A DNA stretch of 63,811 nucleotides, taken from contig NMRA01000371.1 in assembly GCA_002633005.1 (NCBI GenBank), forward strand, positions 303,572 through 367,382, written 5' to 3'. Positions 54,401 through 63,811 of the stretch are shown here, piece after piece. The notes beneath the pieces are model-generated. The model saw only the letters and a list, made by a program, of their open reading frames with translations. It was not told the origin of the DNA and did no database searches. How positions within the stretch are numbered: the stretch's first letter is position 1; every line of letters begins with the position of its first letter. The DNA is from Phoronis australis (taxonomy: Eukaryota > Animalia > Phoronida). The position numbers and the translations under genes were made by a program.

Positions 54401-57400
54401 TTCCTCAAATTCAAACAAACATAATGGACAAAATCTTCATTTTTTCATTTTCATGTCTTGCCAAAAATATACACAAGATACTACAATATGTTCTTTGGCG
54501 TATTAACTGCTTCAAATGTACATGAGATATTGCAATGTTTTCTTTGGAGTATAAGTACTTCAAATATGCATGAAATATTGCAATGTGTTCTTTGGTGTAT
54601 TAAAAAAAATTTAGTTCCTTTTACGGGCTTACTTTTGCCCCCTTTTTCTTATGCTACTTTTGTCAGCCTCGTTCGCTCTCCCTTGGGTGGGTGGATGCAT
54701 CCTTCTGCTGCATCTGTGGCAGATTGTCACCCACCTTAAAGTTTACAGTTCAACATGTTATATAACTTTTGTAATTACTGATATCTGTAGTAGTTTAGTT
54801 TGTCATAATATATATGACCTTTTATCTCAACTACACGTGTTGTTTCACTGTAAACTAGCTTCGGTATCGCTTCGCATTTAGTACTTCAAATATGCGTGAA
54901 ATGTTGCAGTGTGTTCTTTGGAGTATTAAGTACTTCAAATATACATGAGATATTGCAATGTGTTCTTTGGCGTATTGAGTACTTCAAATATACATGAAAT
55001 ATTGCAATGTTTATTTGGCATATTAAGTACTTTTAATATACATGAAATATTGCAATGTGTTCTTTTGCATATTAAGTACTTCAAATATACATGGAATACT
55101 GTACTGTGTTCTATGGCATATTAAGGACTTCAAAAAATGCATGAGATACTATTGTGTTCTGCTGATGACCATACTTTCCTGTAGCAGAAAATGGTGGTGT
55201 TTGTGTTCATATCCTGGTGATCTTCACAAGAAAACAGTGATTGCAGGTTTGGATACCTGTAAGTATGGACTGTTGGTCCACTGATGTACTGATCACCGGT
55301 CACCGAGCCATGGACATTCAGTTGCATTGAGTACCGTAACATTATTTCAGAGACGGAAGGTTTGGGTTACTATGCAGTCGACCTGGTGAAAGTGACATAC
55401 AAGAATGTGCGGACTCCAATACTAAACATTGATCAGGCTATTGCTGCTGGCTCCTACTTTGATGTCGATCCAAGTGCCACGCTCAAAGTTGGAGATGCTG
55501 ACGGTAAAATTTTAGTAAAAATGTAGGTTTCTGTAGGAAATTCACCATTTGTAAAACCTTTGCTCAATTTACATCAGTCTCTATAGCCTATTGACATGGG
55601 TGGGATTATTGAGTTGCTCATTTCTCTGACTGAAACTGGCCAACACAGGAATGAAGGTACGCGGTTGGCTACAAATATAGCTGGAAATAGAACAATAGTT
55701 TAGTAGTCTGTGTAATGTATACGTTCATCAGGCTCTGGTCACATTTTTACCATATAATGCAGTGTTGTTTCATGGTGCATTAAGTTAAAGGTGCACTTCT
55801 TTGCACTATACATTTCAATATTTGAGAGATAACCTGTGATGTTTTTTGACAGAAATTTAGAAGAGTTGCGGTAATTCTCTACTTACTTTGCATCAAGAGG
55901 CAACTCCTACGCTAACATTTGGGGCTTTGTTACCCCAATTCCTAATAGCGGGCCTGAGCCAGACAGTGTCTAACCCGTCCTAATCTATTCACAAATTAAT
56001 ACTCATGGCTTAGCTGCGATGCAGAAGAAAACCTATAGTCAATCAAATTTTTCTTTTAATCCATTGATTATAAAAATTCAAAGACTCATGCCACTATTTA
56101 CTTCTTCAATTTTAAAAAGTCATGTTATACTTGGTCATTTGTCTTACTTGTTTGTTTTTTACTTTGAAAGTTAACTCATACGCTAAACATAAATAACGAC
56201 TAGCTCATTTCAATCCATAACGATGCCATCAAGTCTTTGATGTGCCAAGAAATTCGCTGCATACTGACTGAGGTTAATAACAGTGCACGCTTTCTTGTCC
56301 ACTTATTTCCAAACCCTGTTTGTGTAAGACTTTCTCAAGTATGATTATTGTCCTTCAAATTATTGGAAATTTTACCAAAATTTGTTTTGCAACATATACA
56401 CTGAGAAAAAACAACACTAGTAATAGACTATAACTTTCTGTATTTTTTGTGGAGATATTTGTCAAAATAAAATTTCCCTTGTCGGCCATATTGTGTGCTA
56501 TAAATAGTATTAAGTGAAGAATTATAATCTGTAATTAGTTTAATTTCTCCAACATCATCTCACATGTATTCCAGGCGCCATCAGCAAGTCTACCAACACA
56601 GTTAGTGGAAAGGTGTATTTGGGAGGTCAGTTCCACTTTCACATGGAGACACAGGTGGGTCTTACCTGTGACACACTTGGTTGTTGAACTTATTTGTCTC
56701 AATCACGTCTCAAGTCTTTGGTGCTTGTTTGGAATGCCGTATTGTAACACTTGTTGACATTTTATTTGTTTTTTATGAATTCTTCAAAGTTTTGCTGAGT
56801 GTGCATCAGTTTCAATATTCAAGCTCTATTGAGAACGCAAAAGAGGATTTGATTGGTATACTGTTGGAACGTGTCTGTTTTGTGGTTTAAGATAACTCTT
56901 ACAAGATAGGGCCTGTTCTAGACATTTTGATCTAGGCAAGGAGTTCTTCCAGCCGTACATTGGGGGAAGTATTTCTTGATGATATATAGAGAATCACTGA
57001 ACTGAGTTCAATTTAATATGGGGCAGAGGCATGTTAAGATAATTGGTGTCACCGGTGGTAGACTTTTGGGTGGATCAGACAACTGCAGCACCTCTTAGTG
57101 GCTGTTTTGGTCTCAACAACTCTTTTGGAATGTTTGTGAGCCATCATATTTCTGGCTCACAAGAACTTCAATGGGCAAACTTTGAAGATGTAACATGACA
57201 AAAGAGTGTTTCCAGATGATATCTAGAAAACCAATGGATGGATTCCGTTGAAACTTAGACGCAGATGTCCTGCAGCAGCAATGCTCTGATAGGAGTTTAT
57301 GTTTGGGTCGATTAGACTAATATAACACCCCTTGTATCCATTACATTTTGAAGATAATGACTACTACCGGTTGGTTCCAACATCTGCTTTGACCATTTTG

Positions 57401-60400
57401 TCGTTTTGTGTTCATCTTTAAATTTTCCAAACCTCATGACATGAGCCCCCTGGGTGCGGCACCCGGGGGGGCTCTGGGGGCTCAAATGAGCCCTCCAGTT
57501 TGGCGAATTGGGCAAAAAAGTTTGCCTCAATGAAACAAAAAGTCTGAGCAGACGAGACAAAATTCCATAGGAATTTGGCACGGATGCACGTAGGCCTGGA
57601 CCGAATGTTCCCGTTTTTTTAGTTCTCGTTGAGCAGCAGTAAACGGTGCGCATACCCAAAAGTTCGAGCCCCCTATATTTTAGGCTGGGTGTGCGCATGC
57701 ATGATAGTTTTTTGAAAAGAAGTGAGGCTAGACCTAGTAATTTTTGAACGCCTAATGCTCTTGTGTCCCAACGGTGACATGTTTTATTTCTTTGTAGCAA
57801 TTAATGAAATCCGTTCATTTTTTACATTTTGAATTATACTTTGTTTTTAAAAGGTAAGGTACCAACTCTTTTTTGTCAATTGTGACATTTGCAACCCATC
57901 TTGTCAAATTGCTTTCTCCTTGTACCTTACATGAAAGTAATAAGCAGCCATAGAAAACAAACCATCTGGGGGTGCACTGTGTGTTCACGTTGCTCTTGTT
58001 GACATATGCTTGTTATGTATTGGCCAGGTGTGTCGAGCCATACCCACAGATGATGGCCTGCTACTGCACCCCACCACCCAGTGGATGGATGGAGTCCAGC
58101 GTGCTGTTGCAAATGTTCTTGGCATGAATAATAGTCGTATACAACTGACCCAGCGACGTATTGGTGGGTCATTTGGTGCTCGCATTACGCGTAACCATTT
58201 GGTGTCTTGTGCGTGCGCCTTGGCTGCCTCCCACACAAACAGGTCTGTATTTCTTTTTAAATAATATTATTTTTCGAATTTCTCAGTGTCTGTGTTAACT
58301 TTATGAAATCAGTTACATAACTAGTCCGACATCTTATCACCTGGTGAATCTGCAGACTACAAAGTTTTTGTGTTGCTCATACAATATAGTGAAAGTGTTC
58401 TGTATTGGAAGGCAAGTTGCACATCTGGTTGTATTTAAGTGAAACTCGCCAAAGTTTTAAACTTCAAATACTTTTACTCACACTGAACATGCCAAGAACT
58501 CTCCCTACGATGGACAATGCAAACTTTTAATGCAGAAAACCCGAGAACTCACAATTCCTTTAAATTAGAACTACACGTAGCACTAAACATAAATATGATC
58601 ACTCCTAAAAGTTTACCATGCACTTCACCAAACACAAATTATTACACCCCAACATGCACAAGACAAGTGAACATCCGAGGCACAAGTCTCGGTGACATGG
58701 AACAATGGCTAATCATTGAATACAATACACATCATCACAGGTCACGCCCTACCTAACAATGACGCCACCTGTCTGCCAGTTTCTAGTACGCTCAACACCC
58801 TGTTAAAATACCACATGTCTTTACATTATAGACCTGTTTATATGAAGCTAGACCTCAAAACCAACATGGCCTCCATTGGAGGCAGACATCCGTGTATGGC
58901 CGATTATCAGGTGACTATTACTAATTCTAGTTCACTAATATACAAGAGAATCTAAGGTGTTAACACTACTCATTGTTTTAAAATGTAACGTAGGGAAACT
59001 GATCACTTCATTTTCCTTAAATTACAAATCTTTTGAGACATGGTCATAAGTATTTTGTCTAAAGAATTGACTTTGGCAATCTGTTTTGATAGTTCTCTTG
59101 TATTTTAGTTAAATGCTAGTTATCATTTACTTCAAACAAATACTTAGATTACGTTAAACAGTTTCCAGCTTGTGACAGTAAAAATTTTATTATTTTGCTG
59201 ATGTACCAAATTTTAGAAACAGGCATTATTCACTATCCCAAATTCAAGAATTATGTGACAGAAATATATTATTTTGGCTGGCATATTTAACAATTTTATT
59301 TCAGACGTTGTTAATTCAAAATGCAGTGTTTACCTTTTGCGAAATATGATAAACGCCTCTATTACCTGTGCCCTAATCTTCAGAATCAAGAAAATTAAAT
59401 TTTGGCTTGAATTTCAGTGTCCCAAATTATAGAGAATGTCCCAGACTGGAGAATTTGTACCATAATTTTTTTACTAATACTCCTCAGGTAACAGACATTC
59501 ATTCGCAACGATTTCATTTCCTCAGTATTTTTTGAACACTAAAGGTTTCACTCTTGAAATTGACATTTCAGGAATCTTCATTTTTGACAGCAATTAGTTC
59601 TCGTGTCGGAAAGTAATCCAAAAATATATGTTATCACTTGATTGCGGTTTTACTAGAAATCCTACTTTTACAAAGATCACTGTTACTTCAACAGACATGA
59701 AAATTTCAACATAAACCTTGCAAATTCTGCTTTTTCCCATGAAAGTAAACCCAGAACCGCTTTAAAATTAACAAGCAGAAAAAAACTTATCGCATGTGAT
59801 TAAAGATTTGTGGATTATTGAGTGAGTTTGTTCTTTTCTTTAGAGACGAAAATCTACATGTGAATGTGATTCACAGATTATTTTCATGCTCACCAAGGAT
59901 TTTAAAAGTACTTGGTTTTATGAATCGAAACTTACAATTTTAGAAAGTATTTAAAGAAACATTAATTTTGTGACAATTAGGAAGTCTGTTAACCTTAAGT
60001 TATGAAAAGTTGAAATTCCATTTTCATAGCTCTGTTTCTCTTCAATTCAGGTTGGCTTTACAAAAGATGGAAAACTGAATGGCATAAAGATGACTGCCTA
60101 TGAAGATTCAGGATGCTCGCCAAATGACAATGTGGCCTTGCTATTGAAATATTGGATTGATAATGGTGAGGGTCCACTGTTTTGATGCCACTATTGTGGT
60201 TCTGATATAAATCATCTCAAAATAAGTATTGGAAACCTGTTTCACTGAAGAACTTAATACGAGTAAAAAGGTCCTACATCACAACACTTGTCTCAATTTG
60301 ATTATCTCTGAGATGAGTCTTCTCGTTCATGGTGAATGTCTTATTTTTATGTTGTCATAATAGCTTAAAGTTTTGAATTTCTAGTGAAGCAGGCCGCAGT

Positions 60401-63380
60401 CCATAGAACTCAATGAATGCTATTTGGCAATTATCTTATTATGACTGAAGTGAGTTTTGTTATCCTTTGCAAGGCGATTGTTTGATGATGTCATGACTGG
60501 AATACAGATTCACAAAGCTGCTAACTGATATCATCTGCTGCAAATGCAATTCTGTTTTATTGCGCTTATGATTTGAAGTACAAAAGTTTATGCTAACAAA
60601 TAAATTCATAGATTTGAACAAGGGTATCACTACTGAGATGTGTCTACTGACCCACAACACTTGATCTAGCATTCTGGGCTTGGCTATTCACTGATCCACA
60701 GAGGGTAATAAATGATCTTCTCAGCCATGACTTCATGCCCTTTGTTAAGCTGTGTATACTTACACAGTTCAACTGTGAAAGTTGTATACTAAAAGCATGG
60801 TTCACAAAGAGGACTCATGAAATATTTACTGAAACTAGGCTTGAACTGTCCATGTGATTGTTTATATTCCAGTGACTTGCGCAAAACAAATTTTATACCT
60901 AAAAATTAGAAAGTCGAAACAATTGGTTACGAGTTTTTTAATGAGACATTCAGTTCTGTTTGATTGTTATTATCAGTTTTAAGACTTTTGTGCATTTGCG
61001 GTAATACCTTGAGGCAAGTTCTAAATCAACAGATCGCTACAATTAACTTACTACACTGAGGCGTATGAAATGAATGCAGACTAATATCTGTCAGCTTATT
61101 CGAGATCATAGATGCATAAACGCACCAAAAACTCATTGAACTTTGATTACCACACTGAGTCAGGTACAGTGAACTTGACTCTAGTGGTTGGGGAAGCCTT
61201 ATGAGATTTATGCTGCTCAAGTCTTAAGTTTTGACATTGGAATGTTCATGCGTAAATTTTGAGAATGGACTTTCAATTTGCAACGACTGCAATAAAATAC
61301 ATTATTCACATGCCTGCTATGGCACTTTTGGCATCTAGTGCTGTAGAAAGAACATGTTAAGGCCTTAATTTCTGTCTTACTTAACACAGGGTTCACACAA
61401 GCAAACGTTAATTAAACTTTAAATGGTATCACTGCCATGTATGAGAACATGAGATATGGCAAGTTTGTTTATCTTTTTGGTTATTAGGTACATGTTCTAG
61501 GGTCAAATTGAGTAGTTAATCGACATGTCATTTCTCCATGACAGTTACTAGCATACCGGTATTTTCCAAACCCAGAAAACAATGAGTACCATATGGTTTA
61601 TTTCAGTGTACTACTGCGCTAACTGGCAGGTGATTCCAAAGATGTGCAAGACCAATGCACCATCCAGCACCAGTCTTCGTGCTCCTGGTGAGTGAATATC
61701 AGTTTTATCAGTCTTGCAAACCTGTCTGCCTTTGCAGCACTGCAGTTTAGGTTGACTTGTTTTCAAGAGACCAGTCTAAACTCTAATTCCTGATTTCATC
61801 CACAACTGGTTCTGTTACCTGCTGTTGAACAATTAGTAGGCTTACTAAATTCAACTGAGAGGTAAAAATGATTTTCTGCTAAATACTACAGTGGTATAAG
61901 GAATCCTTAAGTTCCAAAAGACTACTAGGTCATCTTTACCCACACCCATCGATTAACTGATTGTCCAAAGCATTAATTACACTTTCCCAATTAGCAGACT
62001 TAGTGAATATTTTAAAAATTTGATCCAATTTTTGTTTCTAAGAACTAAGGGAGCAAGTGAAAATAATTTTGTGTCTTTTTGCATGAATCCGTAGACGACT
62101 CAAAATGACTGCAATATGGACAGGTTGAGTGTGAAGTTATCACCTCATATAGTTTTCCATATTGACCGCTCACAGATTCCTACTGGCCATTTCTATGGCA
62201 GCACAATTTGAATTCTTTTTAAAACTTTTTTCTGTTACGTTATGACAAACTCATCATGATTCCATCGAAGAATTTTCTTGTTTCATCGCATGATTATCAT
62301 GTGATTATCATGTGATTACATTCGTTATGGAAGGAGGCTATGTTTGGGCTTTTAATCACATGTCGATCACTCAATACTAATTTTTAACCCAGGAGGTGCT
62401 CGAAATGGACAAAGGAATAATAGGTAATTATATTTTGGGAAAGTTATGTTTTGGTTCATCATTGTCAGATTTTTAGCCTACCATCGACACGCTGGCTAGG
62501 CGTCTTGTCAACGGGTTTTTCTTTTGAGGTGTCCTTCCTGTAGCCTTTAGTCTCTCCAACTTGACCCATAAGGCTGTGGGGTTCTGTGGATGGCCGTTGT
62601 CCCTCTTGGGATCATCCGCCTTTTGTCAGGTCTTGTTTTCATTCCTGCACTACCCTCCTCACCAGGCAAGCCTTGTGGGGGAGTCTGTTTAGTCGCTGAC
62701 CATTCGACTTTCCCTCCTCCTTTTCAAATGAAACGCCGGGCTTGGGACCGGTATCTAGCGGAGTTTTTGGTTCATACAATGTTTTTTTTAAAGCAAAACA
62801 ATGACTTTTGGTTTTTTAGTGCAATTGGAAGATTTGTGTCAGCATGCTCAGAGCGTATGCAATTGATGTGTATTGAGAGTCACAGTGAGAATTTTAGCCT
62901 TTGAAAACACACTTTCCAATGGCGTAATGGAGGAAACTGCGTTGCCTTGATGGAGGTTTGCAGTCACCTGATGGTTTATATTTTGCGGTCAAACATAAAT
63001 ATGACGTGAGAATTCATATGAAGTTCAAATGGTGTTAAGTTGAACTATGTGTTGGTGGTGCAGAGGTAAAGTCAACTTTTGGTAAATGAGAGAGAGAGCA
63101 GATTTGAATCTTTTAATTGTAACTTCAGTCATGGGAAAATGATGTGCAATTTGAAATGGTGTTATGGTCAATATCACGATTTACTGAGCCCGTGATACTA
63201 CTATATAATACTCCAAAATCTGCTCAAATCCTATTCTAAGTCAAATTATTTGTTTATTTGTTAATTACAGGTTCATCTCAAGCGACATTTTTGATTGAAA
63301 GCATAATGGAACATGTAGCCAAGAGTTTGAACAAAGATCCATCAGAAATAAAGAAACTGAATTTGTACAAACAAGGCCAG
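33004..63380 (+). CDS. Xanthine dehydrogenase/aldehyde oxidase family molybdo-flavoenzyme, aldehyde-oxidase-like, paralogue 2 (3'-partial; 22 exons in window; start codon ambiguous)
   Basis: Exons: 33004 (or 33079)-33149, 34564-34703, 35694-35863, 36554-36714, 38821-38897, 39940-40022, 40747-41043, 41341-41490, 42983-43085, 45982-46130, 49420-49527, 50348-50515, 50828-50986, 51375-51497, 52141-52288, 55351-55503, 56575-56654, 58028-58242, 58832-58910, 60051-60165, 61607-61687, 63271-63380. The last 20 exons match the first 20 exons of paralogue 1 exactly in length and phase. No stop or frameshift seen. The remaining 9 exons are expected beyond the window. Confidence 0.93.
33460..33524 (-). 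mobile_element. Short 3' remnant of the same Penelope-like family
   Basis: agtgagagataca..catcaccatagttacagggtcactgagctctg aligns with 47200-47266. Confidence 0.6.
33640..34210 (-). mobile_element. Decayed L1/Tx1-type LINE ORF2 fragment (endonuclease-RT linker) in the first intron of paralogue 2
   Basis: Minus strand reads [50 protein letters not shown], then [15 protein letters not shown], then KNNKSP. These match the WKLNxSLL..WE..K..IR, RSK..W.E.GE...KYF and KNNKSPG motifs in the correct order. Confidence 0.7.
34564..34703 (+). CDS. Second coding exon of paralogue 2: (R)[46 protein letters not shown](V)
   Basis: Acceptor ttttccag|, donor AAG|gtaatg. 140 nt, phase 2 to phase 1, joining in frame to 35694. 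Contains SITITVNG, equivalent to the first beta-strand of the XDH/AOX 2Fe-2S domain. Confidence 0.88.
35265..35522 (+). repeat. Dispersed repeat family A (representative copy; at least 6 copies in the window)
   Basis: Core ggctattca..ggggtaat..ttctcagtcaggaccataaacccc..ttaagctg..ttacacagt.caactg.gacagtt..ggttcacaaaga. Also at about 20030-20520 (+, interrupted), 36215-36362 (-), 42225-42340 (-), 48255-48370 (+) and 60675-60810 (+). Confidence 0.8.
38179..38428 (+). repeat. 49-bp minisatellite, 5 copies with alternating variants
   Basis: gctcttgtgttcacatta.caaactggacca[caat/gggt]g.tcatcatcccat at 38179, 38228, 38277, 38326 and 38375. Confidence 0.92.
45265..45705 (+). repeat. About 40-bp AT-rich minisatellite
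   Basis: aaaaatgaacataacagttacagctttataatacacacctc and variants, roughly 10 copies. Confidence 0.88.
46233..48142. mobile_element. 1910-bp non-autonomous DNA transposon with CAC..GTG ends, long imperfect inverted subterminal repeats and a TA target-site duplication (EnSpm/CMC-like)
   Basis: The left end (cacgggtgagaaaagacatgaccacc..gactcacccaaaacaggagc..gcacctaaaaatatga) matches the reverse complement of 48020-48142 and is flanked ta|..|ta. The same intron of paralogue 1 has the empty site agtgTActcaggtt..atcaccc (5757-5780), versus agtgTA[element]TAcacaggtt..atcaccc here. Confidence 0.82.
47200..47560 (-). mobile_element. Penelope-like element fragment: GIY-YIG endonuclease C-terminus, frameshifted, nested in the DNA transposon
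   Basis: Minus strand reads [20 protein letters not shown] and, in another frame, [37 protein letters not shown] (stop at 47237-47239). YIG.T.R.L..R..EH and L.IKESL.I..LN are Penelope GIY-YIG hallmarks. Confidence 0.8.
48424..48869 (+). repeat. ttgccgcaa/ttgcagcaa-rich element end followed by a 41-bp minisatellite (6 copies, 48619-48864)
   Basis: tgaaaaagtgtttgcgggaaagttgcaggaaactttattgg at 48619, 48660, 48701, 48742, 48783 and 48824. Preceded by direct and inverted ttgc(c/a)gcaa motifs like transposon subterminal arrays. Confidence 0.9.
50026..50135 (-). mobile_element. tRNA-derived SINE head remnant with a local 31-bp duplication
   Basis: Minus strand has an A-box-like ggtctagtgg and a B-box-like gttcaagtccc at tRNA-like spacing, but no complete cloverleaf. 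Confidence 0.4.
50972..51050 (+). repeat. 38-bp tandem duplication spanning the splice donor at 50986
   Basis: gctagcagactacaggtgagcaa(a/g)ttatctcattgcag at 50972 and 51010. Confidence 0.93.
54460..55160 (+). repeat. 48-49-bp minisatellite interrupted by about 270 bp of unrelated sequence (about 54605-54878)
   Basis: tattaagtacttcaaatatacatga(g/a)atattgcaatgtgttctttgg.. about 3 copies before and 5-6 copies after the interruption. Confidence 0.88.
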
Positions 63381-63486
63381 GTAATGACCACTTCATGATC
63401 CATCAGAAATAAAGAAACTGAATTTGTACAAACAAGGCCAGGTAATGACCACTTCATGATCCATCAGAGATAAAGAAACTGAATTT
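63336..63486 (+). repeat. 61-bp x2.5 repeat spanning the splice donor at 63380
   Basis: gatccatcagaaataaagaaactgaatttgtacaaacaaggccaggtaatgaccacttcat at 63336 and 63397, partial copy at 63458. Confidence 0.95.
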
Positions 63487-63811
63487 ACATGTCGTGAACA
63501 CATCCACTAAAACAAGAAACTGTAGGAACACCGCATTTATCCACCTTCACTCTTATCAGGCTTCTATTGTGAGTCAGCATGCGTGAATAATTGGCTGATA
63601 AGCCACCTCTGGAACTACTTTGGGCTGAATGGATGACCAGGCCATAAAATGATAATTAGCCAAGACCAGTTACTATAATGCAACAAAGAACAAGTAATAA
63701 TGTCTTGCATCACCTAGCCTTGGTGGAAAGCTGTATACTGTATTGGCTCAAACAAACGCTTAGAAAAATTCATTTCACGGGGAGGGGACGCTTATTGTAG
63801 TGAGCCTACGG

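Noticed and set aside
57312-57800. 162-aa minus-strand ORF as a nested gene
   Set aside because: It lies in a GC-rich, hairpin-bearing segment that looks like a repeat insertion; no recognisable motif or splice structure.
35694-63380. Gene 2 as an allelic haplotype copy or pseudogene of gene 1
   Set aside because: Intron interiors align poorly and carry different insertions, and all 20 shared exons keep length, splice sites and open frame.
63804-63811. gcctacgg at the window end as the start of a 5S rRNA gene
   Set aside because: Only 8 nt are visible, indistinguishable from chance.

Overview
AT-rich animal (probably marine invertebrate) genomic DNA with GT-AG introns and two assembly gaps (6361-6405, 30009-30202). 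The window holds two tandem, same-strand (+) paralogues of the xanthine dehydrogenase/aldehyde oxidase molybdo-flavoenzyme family. Gene 1 (302-26471) has 29 exons in one open frame to its stop; its 5' exons lie upstream of the window. Gene 2 (about 33004-63380) has 22 exons including its 5' end and runs off the right edge. Active-site residues point to aldehyde-oxidase-type enzymes rather than xanthine dehydrogenases. The most unusual feature is an N-terminal extension on gene 2: a CxxC-x19-CxxC zinc-ribbon-like motif split over two exons, preceded by an ambiguous start region with three ATGs, a possible mitochondrial presequence and a possible 91-nt intron or uORF. Also present: several short tandem duplications spanning splice sites, paralogue divergence concentrated near the substrate site, decayed Hero/NeSL-, L1/Tx1- and Penelope-type retroelements, a 1.9-kb CAC..GTG DNA transposon confirmed by the empty paralogous site, minisatellites, and a 1.7-kb duplication beside a gap that may be a haplotype artefact. 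Exons were called by eye from splice signals, frame continuity and paralogue comparison; no database searches were run.
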